NCBI GenBank assembly: GCA_965229995.1
Contig: OZ245933.1
Span: forward strand, 1,040,792-1,104,791
Direction of reading: 5' to 3'
DNA: 64,000 nt
Source: Thermodesulfobacteriota bacterium
GTDB taxonomy: Bacteria > Desulfobacterota_D > UBA1144 > Nemesobacterales > Nemesobacteraceae
Part shown: positions 47,741 through 57,643 of the stretch, one piece after another
Position numbering within the stretch: position 1 is the stretch's first letter
Layout: each line of letters starts with the position of its first letter
Translations under genes and position numbers: made by a program
Notes under the pieces: model-generated
What the model saw: the letters and a program-made list of their open reading frames with translations, nothing else
The model's database searches: none
Told to the model about the DNA's origin: nothing

Positions 47741-48993
47741 ACCGTATTCTTGACGTTCATCTGCATCAAATTTACGCGGGTCAACTCTCGGCGCCCCATG
47801 GTTCCGCCAAACTACTGTTCTCCTATGATACCGAATACCTGAAGGGGAACCATCCCGCGCTGTCCGTATCCCTTCCCCAGGACGAAAGATCCCATGAAGG
47901 GAACGTAGTAAAAGCGTTTTTTTCAGGACTCCTGCCCGACGATATCGTGCGGCACAGATTGGCTGGGTATCTCGGGATTTCAGAGGGAAACGCTTTCGCC
48001 ATGCTCGAAGCCGTGGGTGGCGAGTGCGCGGGGGCCGTATCCTTATACCCCCAAGGTGTAAAACCTCTGGAAGAAAGCGAAGGGGAAGTGGAAATCCTCG
48101 ATGACAGAAAACTCAGCCAAATTCTTAAGCTTCTGGAACAACGGCCGCTACTCGCGGAATACGATGGTTTACGCATGTCGCTTGCCGGGGCTCAGGATAA
48201 GATCGCCGTTAGCGTAAGAGACGGAAGAATCGCGTTTGTCAGAGGAACCGTGCCGACAACCCATATTCTGAAACCCTCAATCGGAGATTTAAGAGATAGC
48301 GTACAGAATGAACTGTTCTGCATGCGCCTTGCGCAAATGGTCGGAATTCAGGCTCCGGATGTTGAAGCGGGGTGGTCAGACGACGCACCTTACCTGCTAG
48401 TGAAGCGTTACGACCGTATAACAGATAAAAGAGGCCTTACGAGAAGACTGCATCAGGAAGACTTCTGTCAGGCTTCGGGCACCGCTCCAGAGGCTAAATA
48501 TGAACGCGAGGGAGGACCCGGCATATCCAGTTGCTTGGAGATACTGAGAAAACACGGTCTGAGACCCGCTGCGGACCAACTTGATTTTCTCAGAAAGGTT
48601 GTATTCAACTACCTGATCGGCAACGCAGACGGACACGCGAAAAACTTCTCGCTTCTCTACAGAAAAAGAAAACCAGAGCTTGCCCCGTCCTACGATCTGG
48701 TGAGCACGGCCGTTTATCCGCGACTGTCAAGGAAAATGGCAATGAAAATCGGCAAGAAGTACGACCCGGAAAGGATATTTCCGAGCGACTGGCGCCGACT
48801 CGTTCCCGATACCGCGGTTGCCAGAAAGAATTTTGAGGAACTGCTCCTCACCACCGCGCGAAGTTGCCTTGAAAACGCTCCTACGCTCAGAAGCTCTCTT
48901 GAAAAGGAGGTGGTAAAGTCCCCGATCTTCGCAGATATATGCTCCGTTATAGAAAAACGCGCGAAGCTCATTGAAAAACAGATTGAAAGATAG
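47737..48993 (+). CDS. hipA: HipA-family serine/threonine kinase toxin
   Basis: 418 aa. LAGAQDKIAV (HipA N-terminal) and the catalytic/activation region NYLIGNADGHAKNFSLLY. Confidence 0.8.
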   Translation: MNRILDVHLHQIYAGQLSAPHGSAKLLFSYDTEYLKGNHPALSVSLPQDERSHEGNVVKAFFSGLLPDDIVRHRLAGYLGISEGNAFAMLEAVGGECAGAVSLYPQGVKPLEESEGEVEILDDRKLSQILKLLEQRPLLAEYDGLRMSLAGAQDKIAVSVRDGRIAFVRGTVPTTHILKPSIGDLRDSVQNELFCMRLAQMVGIQAPDVEAGWSDDAPYLLVKRYDRITDKRGLTRRLHQEDFCQASGTAPEAKYEREGGPGISSCLEILRKHGLRPAADQLDFLRKVVFNYLIGNADGHAKNFSLLYRKRKPELAPSYDLVSTAVYPRLSRKMAMKIGKKYDPERIFPSDWRRLVPDTAVARKNFEELLLTTARSCLENAPTLRSSLEKEVVKSPIFADICSVIEKRAKLIEKQIER

Positions 48994-49160
48994 CCCTAGC
49001 CGTAAAAAGTGCCGCAGCGGGAATTGCGCCAACCGGCATATCGCATCGTTTTCCCCTGATATAAAACAAAATTCACTATTGCGCATTTCTAAAAAACCCA
49101 TTTTTGTGTAAAGTGATTAGCTACCGAACCGTGACGGTTCATCTGCTTGGAGAATAAATC

Positions 49161-49262
49161 CAGTGGCCGGGCCCGTACGACTGGGGCTTGTGAATTCCGC
49201 CAGGCCCGGAAGGGAGCAACGGTAGCAATAACCCCCGTGCGTTACGGATACCTGGTCGCTGG
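49161..49262 (+). ncRNA. ffs: signal recognition particle RNA (small bacterial 4.5S type)
   Basis: CCAGGCCCGGAAGGGAGCAACGGTAGC matches the universally conserved SRP RNA domain IV motif (CCAGGUCCGGAAGGAAGCAGCCAAGGCAG in E. coli). The 3' half CGTGCGTTACGGATACCTGG can pair back. It lies immediately upstream of dnaX. Ends are approximate. Confidence 0.6.
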
Positions 49263-49272
49263 TTTTGGTATC

Positions 49273-50964
49273 ATGGCCTATAGAGTGCTTGCCCGAAAGT
49301 GGCGCCCCCAGACTTTTGAAGACCTTGTCGGTCAGGAATTCCCCGCCGTCACACTCAGAAACTCTATCGAATCCGGAAAAATAGCCCATGCGCTTCTGTT
49401 CGCCGGCCCCAGAGGGACGGGAAAGACATCCACGGCGAGAATCGTCGCTAAGGCTATAAACTGCGAGAGAAAAGACGGGGGAAAATACCCCTGCTCAACT
49501 GACCAGTGCTCAAGCTGCGCGGGGATATCGGAAGGAAGATCGCTTGACGTACAGGAAATCGACGCTGCCTCGCACACAGGCGTAGCCGACGTTCGCGAGA
49601 TCATAGAAAGCGTAAAATACGCGCCGGCTTCGGCAAGAAGAAAAGTTTACATAATCGACGAAGTGCACATGCTCTCCCAGTCGGCTTTTAACGCCCTTCT
49701 GAAAATAATGGAAGAGCCCCCTGAGCACGCGGTTTTCATACTCGCGACCACCGAAGCGCACAAGGTTCCCCCGACCATCATGTCCCGCTGCCAGAGATAT
49801 GATTTTAAGAAAATACCCGTCGAGAAAATAAAGCAGTCGCTCGAGAAAATAACAAAAGCGGAAAAGATAAAAATCGACGCAGAAACCCTTTACCTGATCG
49901 CAAGGGAATCTGAGGGAAGCATGAGAGATTCCCTGAGCCTGCTTGACCAGCTGACCGTGTCTTTTGAAGACAAGATAACCCACAAGGACGTGATAAGTCT
50001 CCTAGGCATACCGGATAACGAATCGCTTAAAAGCATCCTTAGAGCCGTTTTCACAAAAGAACCGGCAAAATGCGTGGAGCTTGTGCGAAACGCCGCATCA
50101 AAGGGGATAAGCCCCAGGAGAATGGCCCAGGACATAATCTACATGTTCAGAAATCTTCTCTACCTGAAGATCTGCGGCAAGGACTTCGTTTCGGATCTTT
50201 CCCCGGACGAAAAAGACGAACTCGCTTCTCTGGTGAAAGACGAATCCACGGAAACCGTGGAGCTTCTTTTCAACATAATGATTGACGGGGGAGAGAAAAT
50301 ACGGAGTTCCTTTTACCCTGAGGTCGTGCTTGAGCTCGCGCTTGTCAAGATGAGCACGGTCGGAAAAGTCGAAAAAATAGACGATATGCTGAAAAGGCTT
50401 GAAAAACTGTCGCCGCAAAAATCCGGCGGGGAAAAGACCCCGGGTTCTACTGGAGGCCAGAAAAAAGCCGCAGCGCGCACACCGGAAAAACGGGAAGACA
50501 AACCCGCGGAAAAAGGCAGAGACCAGATCAAACAAAAAGACGGAGACGGAGGCGGGAAACAGAAGAAGGAGACTTCAGAACCTCCCGCTGAGGCGAAAAC
50601 GGCGGGCAGGGGTCCCGGAAAGCAGGAAGTCGTTGACTTTGTAAACGGCAAAGACAGATTTCTGGCGAGGAAACTCGCCCAGGCCCATCTCCTTGAAGTA
50701 AGCGGAAACCGGGTGAGCGTAAAATTTCTTAAAAACGGCATCAATTACGAAAAAGAACTTAAGAAATCCAAAAAGCTCAGAGACATCCTGAGGGAAATGC
50801 TGGCCGTTGAGAAAATAAGACTTGATATCGATACCGTAAACGAAGAGGGAATTAACGGGGTCGCCGGCAGCGTGAAAAGACCGGACCCCGGGGAAGATGA
50901 GATAGTGAACTACGCCATCCGGCAGTTTGACGCCAGCGTGATAAAAAGAAAGAATCTAAGTTAG
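49273..50964 (+). CDS. dnaX: DNA polymerase III subunit gamma/tau
   Basis: Starts MAYRVLARKWRPQTFEDLVGQE. Walker A GPRGTGKTSTARI, zinc module CxxC...CSSC, and a Lys/Glu/Pro-rich tau linker. The ORF-track frame from 49147 runs through the SRP RNA and is rejected as the start. Confidence 0.9.
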   Translation: MAYRVLARKWRPQTFEDLVGQEFPAVTLRNSIESGKIAHALLFAGPRGTGKTSTARIVAKAINCERKDGGKYPCSTDQCSSCAGISEGRSLDVQEIDAASHTGVADVREIIESVKYAPASARRKVYIIDEVHMLSQSAFNALLKIMEEPPEHAVFILATTEAHKVPPTIMSRCQRYDFKKIPVEKIKQSLEKITKAEKIKIDAETLYLIARESEGSMRDSLSLLDQLTVSFEDKITHKDVISLLGIPDNESLKSILRAVFTKEPAKCVELVRNAASKGISPRRMAQDIIYMFRNLLYLKICGKDFVSDLSPDEKDELASLVKDESTETVELLFNIMIDGGEKIRSSFYPEVVLELALVKMSTVGKVEKIDDMLKRLEKLSPQKSGGEKTPGSTGGQKKAAARTPEKREDKPAEKGRDQIKQKDGDGGGKQKKETSEPPAEAKTAGRGPGKQEVVDFVNGKDRFLARKLAQAHLLEVSGNRVSVKFLKNGINYEKELKKSKKLRDILREMLAVEKIRLDIDTVNEEGINGVAGSVKRPDPGEDEIVNYAIRQFDASVIKRKNLS

Positions 50965-50974
50965 GAGTGAAAAA

Positions 50975-51298
50975 ATGAAATTGGGCGGAAACATGAAAAA
51001 TCTCATGAAGCAGATGGGAAAGATGAAGGAGCAGATGGAGCGACTCCAGAACGAGGCCGGGGAAAAGATCGTGGAAGCTTCTTCCGGGGGCGGAATGGTC
51101 ACGGTTACCGCAAAGGCCAAAGGGGAGATATCGTCAATAGTCATAGAGCCCGAAATAATAAGCGAAACCGACATCGAAATGCTCCAGGACCTGGTAACCG
51201 CCGCCATAAACGAGGCTCTTCACAAGGGACAGGAACTGATGAAAGACGAAGTCTCGCGTATTACCTCCGGCATGGGACTTCCACCAGGGCTTATCTGA
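50975..51298 (+). CDS. ybaB: nucleoid-associated protein YbaB/EbfC
   Basis: 107 aa. NLMKQMGKMKEQMERLQ and conserved dnaX-ybaB-recR synteny. Confidence 0.85.
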   Translation: MKLGGNMKNLMKQMGKMKEQMERLQNEAGEKIVEASSGGGMVTVTAKAKGEISSIVIEPEIISETDIEMLQDLVTAAINEALHKGQELMKDEVSRITSGMGLPPGLI

Positions 51299-51299
51299 G

Positions 51300-51905
51300 A
51301 TGCAAAGAACCGGCCTTCCCGAGCCGATTTCAAGACTCATAGAAGAACTTTCAAAGCTTCCGGGAATCGGCGAGAAAAACGCTACGCGCCTTGCCTTTCA
51401 CATATTCCGCTCATCTGAGGGCTACGCGCAAAGCCTCTCAAACGCGATAATCAGAACCAAATCCGACGTCAGCACCTGCAACACCTGCTTTAACTTCACG
51501 GAGAAAGACCCGTGCGCGATCTGCGCGGACCCATCAAGAGACCGGCACATCCTCTGCGTCGTTGAAGAGCCGCTCGACCTGCTTGCGATAGAAAGAAGCG
51601 GGGAGTTTCGGGGAAAATACCATGTCCTCCACGGAGTAATCTCTCCTCTTGAAGGCGTGGGTCCAGAAGACCTCCGTATAAAAGAGCTTGTAACAAGAGC
51701 AGGCCGGGAAGACATAAAGGAAATAATAATTGCGACCGGCACAAACGTCGAAGGCGAGGCAACCGCGGTTTATCTCTCAAGAACAATAAAGCCCATAGGA
51801 ATCAGAACCTCTAGAATAGCTTACGGAATACCCGTCGGTGGCAACATAGAGTTCATAGACGAACTCACTCTCGGCAAGGCGCTTAGAGACAGAAAGGAGA
51901 TGTAG
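51300..51905 (+). CDS. recR: recombination protein RecR
   Basis: 201 aa. HhH LPGIGEKNATRLAFHI, C4 zinc finger CNTCFNFTEKDPCAIC, and a Toprim domain. Confidence 0.9.
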   Translation: MQRTGLPEPISRLIEELSKLPGIGEKNATRLAFHIFRSSEGYAQSLSNAIIRTKSDVSTCNTCFNFTEKDPCAICADPSRDRHILCVVEEPLDLLAIERSGEFRGKYHVLHGVISPLEGVGPEDLRIKELVTRAGREDIKEIIIATGTNVEGEATAVYLSRTIKPIGIRTSRIAYGIPVGGNIEFIDELTLGKALRDRKEM

Positions 51906-51914
51906 CGCAGAGTC

Positions 51915-53570
51915 TCAGCCACTGCCCGAGGTCTTTCTTGACACGACCACAGCCTCCAGAACGAGCCAGACAGCAAGAACGAGCATTATCGCGGAGAGAC
52001 TGAAAAGAAGCGTGTTGTCGAGAAAATACTTCAAATTGAAAAATATTGAGGCCGTCGTCATAGCCACCAGAAAAACCATTGGCACAAGCGTATAGACAAA
52101 CGGTTTTTTCGATCTTTTCAGATAAAGAGTTATCAGAAGCAGCGTAATCCCGGCTATCAGCTGGTTGGTGGCCCCGAAAAGAGGCCAGAGCAGAAATCCG
52201 CCTGAGCCAGGTCCCTTGCCCGGAACCTGCGCGAAAAGCGCAAGCGCAAGCGGCGGCACGATGGCGAGAAACGCCCCGATATACCTGTTTTTAAGAGCCT
52301 TAATACCGTAGGACTCTCCAAGCTCGCCTATAACGATCCTCTGTATCCTGGCCCCGGTATCAAGGGAGGTTGCCGCAAAACTTATGACTATCACACTTAT
52401 AAGAGTGGTCCCGAGCACCTCGGGAATGTGGATGGCAGTAAGAAAGCTCGAAGTTCCCATGACGAAATTAGCTATGCCCCCGCTCGATGCCGATTCCCAT
52501 GAATCATAGTGTGTAAGCCACTCGCTGCGCTCTATTCCGGCCCCGACCGCGAGGGTGGCTATCATGGCAAGCGTGCCCTCCCCCAGCATCCCCCCGTAGC
52601 CTACAAATCTTGAATGCGACATTCTGTCAAGCTGCTTTGACGTGGTTCCGCTTGCGACAAGACCGTGAAATCCGCTTACCGCTCCGCACGCTACCGTTAT
52701 GAAAAGGAAGGGAAGCACGGGAAGTCCGTCGGCAGTGAAGTTAAAGGCGGGGGCCTGCATCTCGGGATGCGCTACCATTATCCCCGCTATCAGTATCGCG
52801 AGACCCACGAAAAGATGGATACCGTTTATGTAGTCTCTCGGCTGAAGAAGCACCCAAACGGGAAGAACCGAGGCCACGAAGGAGTAGATCATAAGAATTA
52901 TTACCCACGTCACCACCTGGCTTCCCATAACCTCGGGAATAGTCAGGGGCACCTTGGTTCCCGCCCAGATCATAAAGTAAAGAAGCACAAGCGCGATTAC
53001 AGAAGGCCAGAGGATGGAAACCTTTTTTCTGTAGAAAAGAAAACCGATTACAAGGGCCACCAGTATCTGGAAGTTTACGGGAAGCACGCTTGCGGGAAAG
53101 CTGACGAAAAGAACCGATATGGCGTAGGCGAAAACGGCTATTACAAAAAAGACCAGAAAGCAGACCATAAGGAGAAAAAGGGTTCTTCCCCTCGGGCTTA
53201 TGAATATGCCGGCCAGATCTCCGACGGATCTTCCCCTGTTTCTAGCGGAGATAACCAGAGCTCCGAAATCATGAACGGCCCCGATGAAAATTGTTCCGAA
53301 CACAACCCAGATAATCGCCGGAACCCATCCCCAGAACACAGCGATGGCCGGCCCTATTATCGGGGCGGCACCAGCTATGGACGCAAAATGATGTCCGAAA
53401 AGAACGTACTTGCCGGCGGGCACGTAGTCTATGCCGTCTCGCAGCTGGTGGGCCGGAGTGGGCTCCCTGTCGCTTATCCCGTAAATTTTTTCAGAAATGA
53501 ACTTTGAGTAATACCTGTACCCAACCAGGTAAAGAACGATTACGACTATCGCTATTACGGCTGCGTTCAT
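51915..53570 (-). CDS. cstA: carbon starvation protein A (CstA-family transporter)
   Basis: 551 aa polytopic membrane protein. N-terminal YRYYSKFISEKI.G.....TPAH...DG.DYVP....VLFGHHFASIAGAAPIIGP is characteristic of CstA. Confidence 0.8.
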   Translation of the reverse strand: MNAAVIAIVVIVLYLVGYRYYSKFISEKIYGISDREPTPAHQLRDGIDYVPAGKYVLFGHHFASIAGAAPIIGPAIAVFWGWVPAIIWVVFGTIFIGAVHDFGALVISARNRGRSVGDLAGIFISPRGRTLFLLMVCFLVFFVIAVFAYAISVLFVSFPASVLPVNFQILVALVIGFLFYRKKVSILWPSVIALVLLYFMIWAGTKVPLTIPEVMGSQVVTWVIILMIYSFVASVLPVWVLLQPRDYINGIHLFVGLAILIAGIMVAHPEMQAPAFNFTADGLPVLPFLFITVACGAVSGFHGLVASGTTSKQLDRMSHSRFVGYGGMLGEGTLAMIATLAVGAGIERSEWLTHYDSWESASSGGIANFVMGTSSFLTAIHIPEVLGTTLISVIVISFAATSLDTGARIQRIVIGELGESYGIKALKNRYIGAFLAIVPPLALALFAQVPGKGPGSGGFLLWPLFGATNQLIAGITLLLITLYLKRSKKPFVYTLVPMVFLVAMTTASIFFNLKYFLDNTLLFSLSAIMLVLAVWLVLEAVVVSRKTSGSG

Positions 53571-53647
53571 ATAAGTTTCCTGAAATCAGAAAATCGCAGG
53601 TTCCATCATTATAAAGAAAAAACCATGGGGCGGAAACAGCATTGCTC

Positions 53648-55533
53648 TCAACTGAAATTCTTCCGCATGTGCTCGCTCACCTCATCCCACCTGCCGTAAA
53701 GAGCGGAAAGCTTGGCCTCAAGTTCGCCGAACTGCCTTGTTTTCTCTTCCCAGTCAGCGTCTCGAGGAAGAGTTTCGGGGTTCGCGAGAAGTTTCTCCAT
53801 CTCGTCTTTCTCAGTCTCGCACTCGCAGATTCTTCCCTCAAGATCCGAAAGAGCTTTCTCCATCTGTTTTTTTGAAAGAAGCGTCCAGTTCTCCATGTTC
53901 TCTATGCCCTTTTCCCGAAGTTCCCCGTAAAGCCGGTTGCGCCGCTCCGCCTCGATGGTTTTTGCGGTTTTCTCCGTAGGTCTGTCATCGCGCGTTTCAG
54001 TGAGAACCTGATTGTCCTCCGAGTCGCGGGCCTTTTTCTCGAGAAATTCCGAGTAATTGCCGATAAACGTCTCAACCCCTCCCCCATCCACGTACCATAT
54101 TCTGCTTACGAGACTGTCAATGAAATACCTGTCGTGGCTTATAAGCAAAAAAGTGCCGGGATACTCCCCGAGAGCGCGGCGAAGCACTTCCCTCGACGCC
54201 ATATCAAGGTGGTTTGTAGGCTCGTCGAGAACCAGGAAATTAGAGCGGGAAACCAGAATCTTGAGAAGGGACAGGCGGCTTTTCTCGCCGCCTGAGAGAA
54301 CCGAGACTTTTTTGGTTATATCAGAAGCACCGAAAAGAAAGGAACCCAGAAGCGTTCTCGCCTCGGTCTGGGAGAAAAGAGGATAAGCTCCGATGAATTC
54401 TTCGTAAACACTGTTTTTCGGATTAAGCATCTCGTCCTGGTTCTGTGCGTAGTAGCCCAAGGTTATGTTATGTCCCAAGCGACTTTTACCGGAGAAGTTT
54501 TCAACACCGGCAATCATCTTGCAGAGAGTGGTTTTTCCTTCACCGTTTCTCCCGGTAACGGCTATCCTGTCTCCCCTTTCCACACGAAGCGCTGGACAGT
54601 TTCGAAAAACGACGTTTCTTGCGCCGGCGGGTGTTTCGTACTCCTTTGAAAAATCGCTTATTTCGTAAACCACGCGTCCTGCGCGCTCCGGGGCGGGAAA
54701 ATCAAATTCAAGGGTTCTGCGGGTTTCTGAGGATGGCGCGGCGGGCTCCATCTTCTCAAGCATTTTTATCCTGCTCTGTACCTGTCTTGCCTTTGAAGCC
54801 TTGTACCTGAATCGCTCTATGAAACGGCGCTGTGCTCGGAGCTTTTTCTCCTGGTTTCTGGCAGTTGCCTCCGCAACCGCCGCAATCTGCTCTTTTTTCT
54901 CAAGGTAAGAAGAATAATTACCCCGAAATTCCCTTATCCCCCCGCCTTCAAGCTCTGCTACCGTGTCAACCATGCGGTCAAGCAGGTATTTGTCGTGAGA
55001 TACCAGAACCACTGTTCCGCGATAATTTCCAAGGTACCCTTCAAGCCACTCGATGCTTTTTATGTCGAGATGATTCGTCGGCTCATCTAGAAGAAGCACC
55101 CGGGGTTCTAAAAGAAGTATCCTCGCGAGTTCAACCCGCATCTTCCAGCCGCCTGAAAGAGAAGAGACTCTGTGGGAGAGCTGCTCCTCTGTAAAACCCA
55201 GTCCGAAAAGGATTTTCTCAGCTTCGTGGACGGGTTTCTCGGAACCGTCTTCATCGCCGCCGAAACCGCTTGCGCGAGCCGCCGAAAGCACTGTAAGATC
55301 GCCTGTGTGCGGGTCCATTATCTGAGGAAGATAACCCACGGTCAGCGCAGCTGGAACGGAAACCTCCCCTTTTTCCGATTCCATGAGTCCCGTTACGATC
55401 TCAAGCAGCGTGGTTTTACCCGAGCCGTTTGGACCCACAAGGCCGTATTTTCTTCCTTTTTTTATGCTCCACTCAAGATTAAGGAAAAGATCCTTTCCAG
55501 AAAAGGAATGACATATGCCCGACAAACTTATCA
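53648..55533 (-). CDS. ABC-F family ATPase (two ABC domains, no TM domain; Uup/YheS-like with C-terminal coiled coil)
   Basis: Two Walker A (GPNGSGKTT, GRNGEGKTT) and two signature motifs (LSGGWKMR, LSGGEKSR), with a charged interdomain linker and C-terminal coiled coil. The start is set at the internal MISLSGICHSF (about 55533); the ORF track extends to 55627. Confidence 0.8.
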
Positions 55534-55658
55534 TTTCGACAAAAACAAAAGAACCCTGACTATATTTTCCAGTGATGCCGGTTTTGTTCGCCGGTCGCGA
55601 GCATGGAGATAAAACGCATCGGAGCACAGAGACATAATCGCAGACTTGTCAGCAAAAA

Positions 55659-55916
55659 TCATGAGGGCAATCCGGTATCGTCGTATAAAAAATTATCGGC
55701 TTTTGTCGCGGAAACACCGCTTAGACGCTTGCTTCTGGCTTTTGTTACTATCCTTCGGATTGCGGACAGTTTCTCAGCGGGTCTTTTCGCGGTGGCGAAG
55801 GGTCTTATTTCAGCCACAGGCCTACCATTTTTTGTCAAAACCACTTGTTCGCCAGCCAGAGCCGCGTTTATCAGGGCGGACAATCTTACCCTTGCTTCAC
55901 TGATACCTACTTCCAT
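55659..55916 (-). CDS. Phd/YefM-family antitoxin-like protein (no cognate toxin gene adjacent)
   Basis: 85 aa. ISEARVRLSALINAALAGEQVVLTKNGRPVAEIRPF closely matches the Phd/YefM N-terminal fold motif. Overlapping plus-strand ORFs exist but carry no motif. Confidence 0.5.
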   Translation of the reverse strand: MEVGISEARVRLSALINAALAGEQVVLTKNGRPVAEIRPFATAKRPAEKLSAIRRIVTKARSKRLSGVSATKADNFLYDDTGLPS

Positions 55917-56093
55917 TATATTCCTCTTTTACACGGGCTATCATTATAGCTCATCCGGTTGAAGTCAAGCAACACAATCCGCTGCATGGTCTCGAATCGC
56001 AGGCAATTATCGAGTATGACAACAATCAGTGAATTAGGTACTTTTCTAACCGAAAACCACGAATCGGAAGCAACTTAAGGGTTCATTCACCGG

Positions 56094-57296
56094 TTGCCAA
56101 CCATGAAGGCTGACAAAAAACTATCCAAAGAATCAACCGCATTCCAGATATACCATTCGATAACAGAGGTAGAAAAGGAGGAATACGATTCCATTCAGCC
56201 GGATAACAACCCTTTTTTCGAGTTTGATTTCCTCTTCGCCCTCGAGAAATCCAGATGCGTAGGTCCCGGCACCGGATGGGAATCGCGCCATCTTCTGCTG
56301 CGCGAAGGAGGGGAACTCATCGGGGCGGTCACGTTTTACCTGAAAACCGATTCCTACGGTGAGTACATATTCGACTGGCAGTGGGCCCGGGCGTACCAGG
56401 ACGCGGGACTGAGTTACTATCCCAAGGCTGTCGTCGGCATACCGTTTACCCCGGCAACCGGCCGGAGAATAATTGTGCGCGCGGATTACGATTACGGAAC
56501 ATGCGGGCGGGCGCTTGTAGATAAACTGGTTGAAGTATGTTCTCTTAAAAGCCTCTCTTCAATACATTTTTTATTCGTAACCGCTGAGGAGCAGGAACTG
56601 CTTGCTGACTGCGGGTTTCTCTCAAGACTCACTCATCAGTACCACTGGCATAACTCAGAGTACCTCTGTTTCGATGATTTTCTCCGTGACCTGCGCTCGG
56701 GGAGAAGAAAACAGATAAAGAAAGAAAAACGCCGTCTCTATGATCTAGGCATAGAGGTCTCGGTCTTCGAAAAAGAGCAGATACGCCGCGAGCACATTGA
56801 CTCCATCTGGGAATTCTACGTAAGCACCAGCTCAAGAAAATGGGGAAGCGCCTATCTTAACAGGGAGTTTTTCGATCTGGTGTTTGAGACGTACAGGGAA
56901 AAAACCATGCTGGTGATCGCGCAGATGGGCGGGCGCCCGGTCGGTGGCACCATCAATTTCAGAAAAGGCGACAAGCTTTACGGAAGATACTGGGGATGTA
57001 ACGTCGAGGTGCCGTATCTTCACTTTGAGTGCTGTTACTACAAGCCGATAGAGTTTGCCATAGAGAACGGAATAAATGTTTTTGAAGCCGGAGCGCAAGG
57101 TGAACATAAGTTCCTTCGCGGTTTTGAAGCGGTACCGGTTTACAGTTCGCACTTCTTTTTCAATTCCGGGGCACAAAGCTCCATAGACAACTTCCTTCGG
57201 GGAGAAAGACCCTACATGCGCTCGCTTATTTCAGAGTACAACAAGCACTCCCCGCTTAAACGGGCCCGCGGTGGCAAATCAGAAAAAATCGTATAA
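56094..57296 (+). CDS. GNAT/FemAB-like acyltransferase-fold protein of the conserved uncharacterised ~390 aa family
   Basis: 400 aa. Tandem acyltransferase-like halves with conserved blocks ...FDWQWARAY... and ...YGRYWG...; the family assignment is by resemblance only. Confidence 0.4.
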   Translation: MPTMKADKKLSKESTAFQIYHSITEVEKEEYDSIQPDNNPFFEFDFLFALEKSRCVGPGTGWESRHLLLREGGELIGAVTFYLKTDSYGEYIFDWQWARAYQDAGLSYYPKAVVGIPFTPATGRRIIVRADYDYGTCGRALVDKLVEVCSLKSLSSIHFLFVTAEEQELLADCGFLSRLTHQYHWHNSEYLCFDDFLRDLRSGRRKQIKKEKRRLYDLGIEVSVFEKEQIRREHIDSIWEFYVSTSSRKWGSAYLNREFFDLVFETYREKTMLVIAQMGGRPVGGTINFRKGDKLYGRYWGCNVEVPYLHFECCYYKPIEFAIENGINVFEAGAQGEHKFLRGFEAVPVYSSHFFFNSGAQSSIDNFLRGERPYMRSLISEYNKHSPLKRARGGKSEKIV

Positions 57297-57306
57297 AATA
57301 TTCGCC

Positions 57307-57642
57307 ATGCCTGAGCACGAGAACCCGACTCATACAAAGGATCCCAAGCAGGTCGTAAGGGAAGATATCCGCGTAAAAAGGCCGGACATGTACCTCATAG
57401 TCCTGCTAAACGACGACTATACGCCAAGGGATTTTGTAGTTTGGGTTCTTATGAAGGTGTTTTTCAAGAACGAAAACGACAGCAGACAAATAATGCTTGA
57501 AGCTCACACGAAGGGAAAAAGCATCATCGACTGCTATACCTACGATATAGCTACTACGAAGGTAAAACAGGTTGAAAAACTGGCGGAAAAATATGAACAT
57601 CCGCTCAAATGCATACTTGAAGTTCAAAAGGCGGACAGCTGA
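57307..57642 (+). CDS. clpS: ATP-dependent Clp protease adaptor ClpS
   Basis: YLIVLLNDDYTPRDFVVWVLMKVF...EAHTKG is the ClpS core. The start is set at the internal Met (MPEHE..); the ORF-track frame from 57271 overlaps the upstream gene. Its stop overlaps the clpA ATG. Confidence 0.8.
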   Translation: MPEHENPTHTKDPKQVVREDIRVKRPDMYLIVLLNDDYTPRDFVVWVLMKVFFKNENDSRQIMLEAHTKGKSIIDCYTYDIATTKVKQVEKLAEKYEHPLKCILEVQKADS

Positions 57643-57643
57643 C

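Noticed and set aside
49147-49272. The ORF-track 605 aa dnaX frame starting at 49147.
   Set aside because: The extra 42 codons cover the SRP RNA gene and are not DnaX-like. The conserved DnaX N-terminus begins at the Met at 49273.
50455-50470. An A6 run (CAG AAA AAA GCC) inside dnaX, near where the gamma/tau frameshift site lies in E. coli.
   Set aside because: The heptamer is in the wrong register for the canonical A AAA AAG slippery site. The -1 frame stays open for about 60 codons instead of terminating immediately, and no obvious downstream stem-loop follows. Not supportable as a programmed frameshift.
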